64,000 bases of DNA from positions 1 to 64,000 of the IMG/VR virus record IMGVR_UViG_3300025572_000001; one strand, 5' to 3'. Under the pieces are notes generated by a model. It was not told where the DNA came from, ran no database searches, and worked only from the letters and a program-made list of their open reading frames with translations. Numbering within the stretch: position 1 is the stretch's first letter; each line of letters starts with the position of its first letter. Shown here piece by piece: positions 15,914 through 24,264 of the stretch. Made by a program: the position numbers and the translations under genes. The stretch comes from a virus.

Positions 15914-16840
15914 GTGGAGGCCCTGAAAAAGACCAAAAATCTCTTGAGAATCGACCTTCCGGTCGAGTTGTTGGAGAAGAATAAGGACAACCCGAACAAG
16001 ATGTCCGCCCGCGAATTTGACCTGCTGGTGGACAATATTGAAAAGACCGGGATCACCGATCCGATCCTTGTTCGCCCGCTCGATGTCGGGGCCGTTCTGT
16101 GGGCTGAGAACGATAACAAGGGCGACCCACAAGGCATGATAAACACGCTCATTGAGAACGAGGTGAAATTCCGCATTGTTGGTGGACACCACCGTTTCGA
16201 TGCGGCGTCGTATCTGGGTTTCACGGAGGTTCCCTGCACGGTCATCATGGACCCTGAGTTCGATGAGGAGCAGGAGAAGTTCCAGATCGTCCGTATGAAC
16301 GTCATTCGCGGTAAATTGGACCCGCAGGCGTTCTTCGACCTCTATAGTCAGCTGTCCGAACAGTACACCGACGAAATCCTTCAGGACGCCTTCGGTTTTG
16401 CCGAGGAATCCGAGTTCAAGAAGCTGATCGCCCAGGTCGCCAAGTCGCTGCCAGACAAGAACATGCAGAAGAAGTTCAAGGAGGCGGCGAAGGAGATCAA
16501 GACCATAGACGGCCTGTCGAAGCTGCTGAACGAGATGTTCACCCGCTATGGCGACACGCTGCCGTATGGTTACATGATCGTGGACTACGGTGGGCAGAGG
16601 TCGTTCTGGCTTCAGGTCGAGAAAAAGACCATGAACGCTCTCGATGTGATCGGTGAGCTGTGCATTGAAAAACGGCGAACGATGGACGACATTGTGGGCG
16701 GCATTTTGCAATTAATTGCAAAGGGAGAGTTCAAGGACGCGGTGGACAAGATCATCGGTAAGGCACCGGAGGTAGAAATTCCGGAAGGGTTGTCTGTCGC
16801 TCCAACCAAGGAAACGCTGAGCAAGGTGGCTGATCTATGA
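15914..16840 (+). CDS. ParB/Srx N-terminal-domain (ParB-like nuclease domain) protein
   Basis: FRIVGGHHRFDAASYLGFTEVP is the ParB-N GxxR/HRxxAA block. GTG 15914 lies 6 nt after GGAGG; the track start is 15878. It sits immediately upstream of the terminase genes. Confidence 0.72.
   Translation: MEALKKTKNLLRIDLPVELLEKNKDNPNKMSAREFDLLVDNIEKTGITDPILVRPLDVGAVLWAENDNKGDPQGMINTLIENEVKFRIVGGHHRFDAASYLGFTEVPCTVIMDPEFDEEQEKFQIVRMNVIRGKLDPQAFFDLYSQLSEQYTDEILQDAFGFAEESEFKKLIAQVAKSLPDKNMQKKFKEAAKEIKTIDGLSKLLNEMFTRYGDTLPYGYMIVDYGGQRSFWLQVEKKTMNALDVIGELCIEKRRTMDDIVGGILQLIAKGEFKDAVDKIIGKAPEVEIPEGLSVAPTKETLSKVADL
16707..16720. repeat. exact 14-bp palindrome TGCAATTAATTGCA
   Basis: Deep inside the ParB-like ORF; encodes LQLIAK. 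Confidence 0.95.
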
Positions 16841-17436
16841 AGCTGAAGGTCACTGGTCGAGCATTCAAAAATCTGAAAAGCCTCGGTCAGGACCGTATGG
16901 CCGAGATCGACAGTCGTTTGCTGGCAGGAGAACCTGCCAGCGTCATAGTCAACATCATCCACAATGAATGGGGTAAGCTGAAGAGCGTCAAGCCGCAGAC
17001 CCTCAAAAAGATGCTGGAGCGGTACAGGGAAACCGAGCTCCGCGAGAAGACCATCGAACGGATCGCAAACGCCCAACGCGGGACCAATCTCTCCGTGATC
17101 CAGAAGCGTCTGAACGCCATGGAAGAGTTGGAGCAGATGGCCCGCATCCAGTACGGGCGCATTCAGAAGCTTCTCATGCAGGAAGAGAAGATGCCTGCCG
17201 GTATCGTGAATAAGCAGGTAAATCCCGAAATGCGCCTGTTCAAGGAAATGATCGTGGAGCTGGGCAAGCTTCAGCTTGAAACGGGTGTCCTCGCCAGGGC
17301 TCCGAAGACGATCAAGGGTTCTATGGTTGGGCCTGGTGGGGAGATTCAGGAGTTCGAGTGGACCGAAGAACAGAGCAAGATGCTCAGCGAGCTTGAGGAG
17401 CTGTTGAATCGAGATGAAAGCGCCGCAGCTGTCTAA
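16837..17436 (+). CDS. putative terminase small subunit
   Basis: Called by position: 199 aa directly upstream of and overlapping the large terminase gene. No motif was recognised. Confidence 0.45.
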   Translation: MKLKVTGRAFKNLKSLGQDRMAEIDSRLLAGEPASVIVNIIHNEWGKLKSVKPQTLKKMLERYRETELREKTIERIANAQRGTNLSVIQKRLNAMEELEQMARIQYGRIQKLLMQEEKMPAGIVNKQVNPEMRLFKEMIVELGKLQLETGVLARAPKTIKGSMVGPGGEIQEFEWTEEQSKMLSELEELLNRDESAAAV

Positions 17437-19330
17437 GCACCCGCTGAACATTGCGTTCGACTTGTGTGCGAACCTCGGGTTCATGGGCGAGATCATCTGG
17501 AAGGTGGGCAAGGGTATTCGGGACCTGGACGAACGTCTCGAATACCTACGCTACGCGCTGAAGTGGATTGAGACCAAGGCCAAGGACGAAATGTACAAGG
17601 TGCCTCCGGTCGATTTCCGCACGTTCGTGGAGAGCGAGCACCTTCTGAACAAGCCAACGAGCCAGCCTGGTTCGCTGTACCCGGAGGTGCTGAAGTGCGG
17701 CATAGAGCTCAACTCCGGCAAGTACGTCGAGGCGGTGCTTACTGGGGCTATCGGTGTCGGGAAGACCCACCTCGGCGTCTACACCCAGGCGTACCAGCTC
17801 TATGTCCTGACGTGCATGGAAAACCCCCATGCCACGTTCGACCTCGACCCGGCGTCGGCTATCACCATCATATTTCAGTCGATCAACAAGGATTTGGCTG
17901 CGGAGGTTGGTTATGCCCCATTTCGGGCTCTGATTGATGACAGCCCGTATTTCCAGCAGTATGCCCCCTACGATCAGGGTGTGAAGAGCGAAATGCGGTT
18001 CATCAACCACCGCATCACCGTAAAGCCGGTTACCGGTGCCGAGTCCGGTGCAATCGGTCAGAACGTCATCGGCGGCATCATTGACGAGCTTAACTTCATG
18101 GCCGTGGTCGAGAACTCGAAAGCCAGCCATGATGGTGGGACCTATGATCAGGCCGTGAAGATTTACAACACGCTGGCACGACGCCGTGAGTCCCGCTTCA
18201 TGAAGCTTGGCCAGTTGCCAGGGATGCTCTGCCTGAGTTCGTCCAGAAATTACCCCGGACAGTTTACGGACAAGAAGGAGGCCGAGGCTCGCGAGCAGAT
18301 TCGTCGCCAGGGCTACACGACCATCTACGTCTATGACAAGCGCAGGTGGGAGATTAAGCCTGACGAGTATTGCGGGAAGATGTTCTATGTCTTCAAGGGG
18401 GACGCAACCCGCAAGCCTCGCATTCTGGAAGATGACGAGGAGGTTCCGCCGCAGGATCGCCACCTGGTGATGCCGATTCCGATTGAGCATCGCCATGCGT
18501 TCGAGGCCGATCTTCTTCCGGCTCTCCGAGACATCGCCGGTGTAGCCACGATGGCCCTGCACCCGTTCATCCTGGACACGGATGCCATTTCGGCTTGCTT
18601 TGGGACAGTGCAATCAATTGCATCGCGAGATGATTGCGACTTCAGGGATACCAAGATCAAGGTGTTTCCGAAGCGGATCATGCACCCGCAGGAGCCCCGT
18701 TTTGCACATATCGACTTGGCTATCAGCAGAGACAGCGCGGGCGTGAGCATTGGGCACGTCCCTGGCTTCAAGGAAATGAAGCGCGGCGATACGGTTGAGT
18801 TCCTGCCGATCATCCAATTCGACATGATTCTCGAAGTCCGGCCTCCGCGTGGCGGGGAGATAGAGTTCGAGAACATCCGCAGACTGCTTTACACTTTGCG
18901 CGATACGATTGGTCTGCCAATCAAGTGGGTATCACTCGACAGCTTCCAATCGAAGGACATGATGCAGATTCTGGCGCGACAGGGCTTCATCACTGGGTAT
19001 CAGTCCATGGATAAGGACACCTACGCCTATGACGTGCTGAAGCAGGCCCTGTACGACAAGCGCATCATGGCTCCGGCCCATCCGAAGTGCCACAAGGAGC
19101 TTATTTCGCTGGAGTTCGACACGCAGAAGAACAAGGTCGATCACCCGGATAATGGCTCCAAGGACGTGGCGGACTCCGTGGCCGGTGTTGTCACTGGGCT
19201 GACGCTACGGCGTGAAATCTGGGTTCGCCATCGCATCCCGATGCGGATGATTCCGCAGTCTGTTCTGGAAGGTCGATCCAAGCACAAGGGAGACATCACG
19301 TCGAAGGAACGGGAGTTCGCTTATGTCTAG
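17414..19330 (+). CDS. terminase large subunit
   Basis: Walker A GAIGVGKTH and Walker B-like GGIIDELNF. 638 aa with a nuclease-sized C-terminal half, in the packaging-gene position. Confidence 0.88.
   Translation: MKAPQLSKHPLNIAFDLCANLGFMGEIIWKVGKGIRDLDERLEYLRYALKWIETKAKDEMYKVPPVDFRTFVESEHLLNKPTSQPGSLYPEVLKCGIELNSGKYVEAVLTGAIGVGKTHLGVYTQAYQLYVLTCMENPHATFDLDPASAITIIFQSINKDLAAEVGYAPFRALIDDSPYFQQYAPYDQGVKSEMRFINHRITVKPVTGAESGAIGQNVIGGIIDELNFMAVVENSKASHDGGTYDQAVKIYNTLARRRESRFMKLGQLPGMLCLSSSRNYPGQFTDKKEAEAREQIRRQGYTTIYVYDKRRWEIKPDEYCGKMFYVFKGDATRKPRILEDDEEVPPQDRHLVMPIPIEHRHAFEADLLPALRDIAGVATMALHPFILDTDAISACFGTVQSIASRDDCDFRDTKIKVFPKRIMHPQEPRFAHIDLAISRDSAGVSIGHVPGFKEMKRGDTVEFLPIIQFDMILEVRPPRGGEIEFENIRRLLYTLRDTIGLPIKWVSLDSFQSKDMMQILARQGFITGYQSMDKDTYAYDVLKQALYDKRIMAPAHPKCHKELISLEFDTQKNKVDHPDNGSKDVADSVAGVVTGLTLRREIWVRHRIPMRMIPQSVLEGRSKHKGDITSKEREFAYV
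18609..18622. repeat. 1-mismatch palindrome copy TGCAATcAATTGCA
   Basis: Intragenic, within terminase large. Confidence 0.9.
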
Positions 19331-19703
19331 GTTCGAGTTCCCGTCCGACATCAACCAGAAAGGCTTCGAGGACGAGCTTGACGCCCTCGGAGTATCTTTT
19401 GTTTCCGACAGGATGGGTGGCGTCATTGTAGAGGACGCATCACCCGATATTGAAGTGCTCGCCAAGGAATGGAGTGGGAGACTCGTACATGATTCAGGAA
19501 GAAGTGAACGCACGGGCGGACGATCTTACCATCGTGGAGCAGGCGCTGCCGTCGCAGATGCTCATGATGATGATCGAAGAGGTCCAGAAGGCTGGCTTCG
19601 AGGTTCGCGCGGACGTGATGATGCACTTGCAAAACGCAGTAGCAGCACCCCTATCACGGCTCGATACCTTCAGCGTAAGCAGGATCGCCAAGAGGGTAGA
19701 TGA
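19323..19703 (+). CDS. hypothetical protein (only the first ~55 codons look protein-like)
   Basis: ATG 19323 overlaps the terminase stop. Downstream of ~19490 the translation becomes R/G-rich and overlaps a better ORF. Confidence 0.3.
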   Translation: MSRFEFPSDINQKGFEDELDALGVSFVSDRMGGVIVEDASPDIEVLAKEWSGRLVHDSGRSERTGGRSYHRGAGAAVADAHDDDRRGPEGWLRGSRGRDDALAKRSSSTPITARYLQRKQDRQEGR

Positions 19704-19995
19704 GGCTTCCCGAGCCATTCTGCATGACCTGTCACCTGATGATCCACGGCGTGGTCTGTATTCCTGTGCAACGTTCATCCTGCTCCTGGTTGACGAGGGT
19801 CGATTCTTCGACGTTCGCAATCAGGCGGTTCTCGTCTCGCTCCTGCTTCTGGAAGACGTGAAGGATGAAAAGAAGGACGTTGACGGGCAGGAGGCAGTCT
19901 GGCGTGTCGAGGAAAAGCAATGGCAGCAGGATGCCAAGAAAATGCTGAGGCGGGCGAATTTGCAGGGGTATTATTTGCATACGCTGCGAAATTAA
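19489..19995 (+). CDS. hypothetical protein
   Basis: ATG 19489 follows GGAG/GGGAG. 168 aa with a protein-like composition. Confidence 0.5.
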   Translation: MIQEEVNARADDLTIVEQALPSQMLMMMIEEVQKAGFEVRADVMMHLQNAVAAPLSRLDTFSVSRIAKRVDEASRAILHDLSPDDPRRGLYSCATFILLLVDEGRFFDVRNQAVLVSLLLLEDVKDEKKDVDGQEAVWRVEEKQWQQDAKKMLRRANLQGYYLHTLRN

Positions 19996-20068
19996 TTGCA
20001 AAACCGCTTGCTTCCATCAAATCGGAAGTTAGAGTGCAGATGAAACTACCAATTCACGGAGGAATAAG

Positions 20069-22027
20069 GTGGCAATCAAGATTTTCAGATTTTCGGCAAA
20101 TCATTTTGATTGGGAAAGCACCGATGAGGCGCTGACCAAGAAGACTTTGGGCGGCAAGGGAGCCGCCCTCGTTAAGATGGCTCAGGCCGGTATGCCGGTC
20201 CCGCCTGGCTTTACCATCACGACTGACACTTGCAACGAGTTCCGGCTCCTCAAGGAGACCCAGACCGAGGAAGTCGTCAACAAGTGGTTCGACAAGTTGA
20301 TGGACGAAGTAAACATGAACATGAAGTGGCTGGCCGACCAGTTCGGGTACACGCCTCTGGTGTCAGTCCGGTCTGGGGCCCCCGTATCCATGCCGGGAAT
20401 GATGGATACGATCCTGAACGTGGGGCTGACCTACGACAACCTGCCGGAGTGGGAGAAGCGTCTGGGCAAGCGGGCGGCCATGGACAGCATGAGACGGCTG
20501 ATCCAGATGCTGGGCAGCACGGCCTACGGAGTTCCGCACGAGGTGTTCGAGTTCCAGCTTGCCAAACACAAGAAGGAGGTGGGGGTCGAGAGTGACACTG
20601 ACCTGACGGCTGACGATCTGGAGTTCATAAGCCAGCAGTATCTCAAGGCGTTCTTCGCCAACAAGGGCTTCGATTTTCCGATCAACGACTCCGAGGCACA
20701 GCTACGAGCGGCGGTCAAGGCAGTGTTCGACAGCTGGATGAATCCTAGGGCAATCGAATACCGCAAGCTGAACAACATTCCGGAAGATATGGGCACTGCC
20801 GTCAATGTGCAGGCCATGGTGTTCGGGAATATGGGGGATGACTCGGGCACTGGGGTGCTGTTCACGCGGGACCCTTCGACCGGGCACGATGAAATCATGG
20901 GCGAGTTCCTGCAGAACGCGCAGGGCGAGGACGTGGTGGCAGGGATCAGGACCCCGCGCCCACTAAAAGAGATGGAATCCCTCGGGGGAGCATGGGTGGA
21001 TGTAGCCAACGAAATCCTGATGATCTGCGAGAAGCTGGAAGAAATGTACAAGGACATGGTGGACGTTGAGTTCACCGTCCAGCAGGGAACGCTATTCATC
21101 CTCCAGTCTCGCGTGGGTAAGCGGTCGGCCAAGGCGGCGTTCAGGATTGCAACCGATCTGGTGGAAGAAGGCGTGATCACCGTCGAACAGGCTCTCAAGC
21201 GGGTCACCAAGGACCAGTACAAGGCGGTTCGTCGGCCCCGCATCGACCCATCGTTCAAGGAGAAGCCCAACGTGGTCGGGCTCCCGGCCTGCCCCGGTGT
21301 GGTGAGCGGGAAGCCGGTGTTCTCGGCAGAGGATGCAGTTAATTGCAAAGAGCCCTGCATCCTGATCACGCATGAGACGACGCCCGACGATATCAAGGGA
21401 ATGAATGCCGCCGTGGGCATCCTGACCCAGACGGGCGGGGCGACCAGCCACGCTGCCGTAGTGGCGCGGGCCATGGACAAGCCTTGCGTTGTGGGATGCA
21501 CCGATCTGGATATCAGCTTCCTGAAAAGCAAGTCGATCAAGTCTGCGTTCAATCGGGTGACCATTGACGGTTCAACCGGGAACGTATGGTTCGACATTGA
21601 GGTCCCGGTGGTGGACGATTCGTCCGATCCGGCTGTGCGGAAGATTGTGGAATACTGCCTTGAGGCGCTGGACGTGCATGAGTCCGTATCAGTGCCACAG
21701 GGGGCCGGGGCACCCAAGCATGTGATCCACGTGGCACATTGGTGGGGCTCCGAGGAGGTACTGGTTAGCGTCTTGGATGAGCTTGAGCAGATCGGCTCTT
21801 TCGAGAATGTCATTCTGGACGTGACCTCGCCAAGGGCACTGATGCCGAGCAGTGATTTTGATCTGTACGACTGCTTCGGGCACTCGGAGCCGAGTTTCTC
21901 CCCTCGAATTGGCGAGGAATTGAAGAAGCGAGGCAACAAGCTGAAAGAGCTGGTCACCACGCATTTTGGGTTCGGCCCGAAGGTCATGCCAGCGGATTAC
22001 GCGGTCTTTAAGATGCTCAGCCAGTAA
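20069..22027 (+). CDS. pyruvate-phosphate-dikinase-like enzyme: ATP-grasp nucleotide-binding and phosphohistidine swivel domains, no PEP/pyruvate TIM barrel
   Basis: Collinear with the PPDK N-terminus: LGGKGAALVKMAQAGMPVPPGF, LVSVRSGAPVSMPGMMDTILNVGL, TAVNVQAMVFGN, GEFLQNAQGEDVVAGIRTP, and the swivel-domain motif GGATSHAAVVARAMDKPCVVG. It ends ~130 aa later at 652 aa, whereas bona fide PPDKs have roughly 870-880 aa. Confidence 0.88.
   Translation: MAIKIFRFSANHFDWESTDEALTKKTLGGKGAALVKMAQAGMPVPPGFTITTDTCNEFRLLKETQTEEVVNKWFDKLMDEVNMNMKWLADQFGYTPLVSVRSGAPVSMPGMMDTILNVGLTYDNLPEWEKRLGKRAAMDSMRRLIQMLGSTAYGVPHEVFEFQLAKHKKEVGVESDTDLTADDLEFISQQYLKAFFANKGFDFPINDSEAQLRAAVKAVFDSWMNPRAIEYRKLNNIPEDMGTAVNVQAMVFGNMGDDSGTGVLFTRDPSTGHDEIMGEFLQNAQGEDVVAGIRTPRPLKEMESLGGAWVDVANEILMICEKLEEMYKDMVDVEFTVQQGTLFILQSRVGKRSAKAAFRIATDLVEEGVITVEQALKRVTKDQYKAVRRPRIDPSFKEKPNVVGLPACPGVVSGKPVFSAEDAVNCKEPCILITHETTPDDIKGMNAAVGILTQTGGATSHAAVVARAMDKPCVVGCTDLDISFLKSKSIKSAFNRVTIDGSTGNVWFDIEVPVVDDSSDPAVRKIVEYCLEALDVHESVSVPQGAGAPKHVIHVAHWWGSEEVLVSVLDELEQIGSFENVILDVTSPRALMPSSDFDLYDCFGHSEPSFSPRIGEELKKRGNKLKELVTTHFGFGPKVMPADYAVFKMLSQ
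21334..21347. repeat. 1-mismatch palindrome copy TGCAgTTAATTGCA
   Basis: Intragenic; encodes DAVNCK, the same peptide as the copy at 12664. Confidence 0.9.
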
Positions 22028-22062
22028 GGTAAAACGATAACGAATATCACGGAGTTTTTGAA

Positions 22063-22350
22063 ATGAGCCTGGTACTTGGTCTGAAGCAGGGTGACGATTT
22101 TTGGGTTGGCGACAAGCAGGTAGTCGTCACGAGAATCGAGGACGCCCGCCGTTTCTGGGTAAAGGTCGAAGATAACGACAAGGAATTTGAGGTCACGGAT
22201 ACCTACGCCACGGAGATCATGGATAACGTGTTCGTATCAGCCGGAAACTACTACAAGTACGGTCTGATCAGGATTGCCATAGAGGCTCCACGTGACATTA
22301 AGATTCTCAGAGGCGACCGGTATCGTGAGGAGTATCTGGGAGTATCCTGA
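22063..22350 (+). CDS. CsrA/RsmA-like RNA-binding protein with a ~37-aa internal insertion
   Basis: The N-terminal LVLGLKQGDDFWVGDKQVVVTRI aligns with CsrA [24 protein letters not shown]. The C-terminal IRIAIEAPRDIKILRGDRY aligns with VRIGVNAPKEVSVHREEIY (from memory). Confidence 0.6.
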   Translation: MSLVLGLKQGDDFWVGDKQVVVTRIEDARRFWVKVEDNDKEFEVTDTYATEIMDNVFVSAGNYYKYGLIRIAIEAPRDIKILRGDRYREEYLGVS

Positions 22351-22553
22351 TGGGGTTTCGTGACTACGAAATCACTGATGAAGCTGTGCGGAAGGCCAGA
22401 CTGATAGGCATCGGCGGAGACGTGAGAAAGCGTCTCGCCCGCATGGCCAAACGGGCCGCTCCATATACGAGCGAGTTCGGTAACAAGAGGTTTGAGAATT
22501 TCGTCCTGCGGATAGTTGATGGCCGCTTGGTCGATGTAACTAGGCTGGATTGA
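22350..22553 (+). CDS. hypothetical protein
   Basis: 67-aa ORF. Its ATG overlaps the previous stop (TGATG). Confidence 0.5.
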   Translation: MGFRDYEITDEAVRKARLIGIGGDVRKRLARMAKRAAPYTSEFGNKRFENFVLRIVDGRLVDVTRLD

Positions 22554-22570
22554 AGCGCCAAGGAGTGGAA

Positions 22571-23068
22571 ATGACTGACGATATGATTCCTGGAGCTAAC
22601 GGCTCTCTTACGTTGAATCTTGGTTGGAAAGGGGGGTTCTACACGCTGACGGTTTTTGGCGGCCCATATGATCGTTTCCCGAATGAGACAAACGATTATG
22701 GGGTGTGCGTCAGGGCTGAGAGGGCTCCGAAGAACAAGCTTCATATGCACGTGCCAATCATGGATTTCAGCATCCCGATTGACGATGAGAACGTGAGACT
22801 GGCGTTGCGTGAGGCTTTCCGTGCCGCGATTGATGGCAAGCGAGTCTATGTCGGCTGCATGGGAGGGTATGGTCGCACTGGCCTCTTCCTGGCTCTCATG
22901 GCAAAGGTAGCCGGTGTAGAGGACCCTGTTAGGTACGTGCGTCGGTATTATTCGACACGAGCGGTAGAGACGGTTTTGCAGGAGGAGTACGTCGAGATGT
23001 TTGACGTGACTCAGGTCAGGCAAGAGGTTCGGAAGTACGCCTGGAGAAAGCGGTTTCGGTTCGCTTAA
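22571..23068 (+). CDS. dual-specificity/PTP-like phosphatase, paralog 1
   Basis: CX5R P-loop VGCMGGYGRTG (Cys 22856..22858, Arg 22874..22876). Upstream general-acid-like PIMDFSIP. ATG 22571 follows AAGGAG. Confidence 0.72.
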   Translation: MTDDMIPGANGSLTLNLGWKGGFYTLTVFGGPYDRFPNETNDYGVCVRAERAPKNKLHMHVPIMDFSIPIDDENVRLALREAFRAAIDGKRVYVGCMGGYGRTGLFLALMAKVAGVEDPVRYVRRYYSTRAVETVLQEEYVEMFDVTQVRQEVRKYAWRKRFRFA

Positions 23069-23078
23069 ACCTAGGTGG

Positions 23079-23092
23079 TGCAATTAATTGCA
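23079..23092. repeat. exact 14-bp palindrome TGCAATTAATTGCA (16-bp palindrome with flanks, GTGCA..TGCAC)
   Basis: Intergenic, 61 nt upstream of ATG 23154. Confidence 0.95.
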
Positions 23093-23153
23093 CTTGATCT
23101 TGGTTGGTCTTGTGAGAAGATCAGCCAAGATCATAAACTCCACGGAGGGAACG

Positions 23154-24248
23154 ATGGCTCTCACAGACCCGATAGACACGTTGGCTTATCACAATTCTCG
23201 CGTTCTCTGCATGAAGCGGGATATGAGCCACGTACCGTGCAAGAACGTAGCTAAACAGCTGGAACAGTATCAGGCAGGTCATTCACAATCTGATAATGAC
23301 GGTTGGACTGTGCCTGAGACGCAAGCCCTGTGGTTCTACGGGATGAACCACGGAGTGTCACTCATTTCGAGCAAATTCGATCCGCTTGAGCCGTTACCCG
23401 AGTGGGCACACAAATTTGTTGCTGCGTACCATGATGAGCTGACGCCGAGGGCGGTCCGGGCGTTCTACTACCTGCTGCTGATCTGCACCCGAGAGGCGCG
23501 GCACAACAAGTCGCTGGTCAAGGATTACAAGAAGATTGCCGATCAGTTCGGCAAGTCCGTTGCCGATTTCTTCATGGGCATTTCAGGTGGTGAAAGTAGC
23601 ATCCATCAGAAGTTCGTATCCAAACCGCCGGAAGCGACCATTGGGCAGTACGTGGATGCCATCCGCTGGCAGTTCTATAACTCGAAGTGGAACTCAGGTT
23701 ATGGCGGGCCCGCGTGGGGTAAGGTGACCGACTGCCTGTGCCGGTTCGTGAACGGCGAGTTCTCCGCGGAGATGATGCTCGACACGATCTGGACGCTCGC
23801 ACACAACAACGGGCCGATCTTCAACAAGGGCATCTTCTATAAGATGTACAACTACAACGACATCATCCGAATCCTGGATGTGCAGAGGTCTGGTCAGATT
23901 CCGCAGGCGATCCTCTCTGATGATAAGGTTCAGAAGTACAGCCCTGATGCTTTGAAGTCGTGGATGATTGAGCTCAGGAACAGGTTCCCCAATGCGATTG
24001 GGAACTATGTGGATTGGTATCTGGTGGAATCCCTCGGTGCTGTAGGCTCGTACTGGTCCGAGAAGAATGACCAAGTAGCTAAGCATGGGATATCGCCGGT
24101 TGCCAGCGAGATTGAAAAGAAGAAGCAGGAGGAGGAGCTCAAGAAGAAGGAGCTCGAAAAGAAGAAGCAGGAGGAGTTCCTGAAAACCAATTTCCAGGTA
24201 ATGCCTGGTGTGTTCGTCAAGAAGATCGAAATGGTTCGAGCCGCTTAA
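23154..24248 (+). CDS. hypothetical protein (364 aa) flanked by the two phosphatase paralogs
   Basis: ATG 23154 lies 5 nt after CACGGAGG. Conserved-looking blocks TREARHNKS, GYGGPAWGK and LAHNNGPIFNKG. Lys/Glu-rich coiled C-terminus. No family was recognised. Confidence 0.65.
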   Translation: MALTDPIDTLAYHNSRVLCMKRDMSHVPCKNVAKQLEQYQAGHSQSDNDGWTVPETQALWFYGMNHGVSLISSKFDPLEPLPEWAHKFVAAYHDELTPRAVRAFYYLLLICTREARHNKSLVKDYKKIADQFGKSVADFFMGISGGESSIHQKFVSKPPEATIGQYVDAIRWQFYNSKWNSGYGGPAWGKVTDCLCRFVNGEFSAEMMLDTIWTLAHNNGPIFNKGIFYKMYNYNDIIRILDVQRSGQIPQAILSDDKVQKYSPDALKSWMIELRNRFPNAIGNYVDWYLVESLGAVGSYWSEKNDQVAKHGISPVASEIEKKKQEEELKKKELEKKKQEEFLKTNFQVMPGVFVKKIEMVRAA

Positions 24249-24264
24249 CGTCACGGAGGACAAT

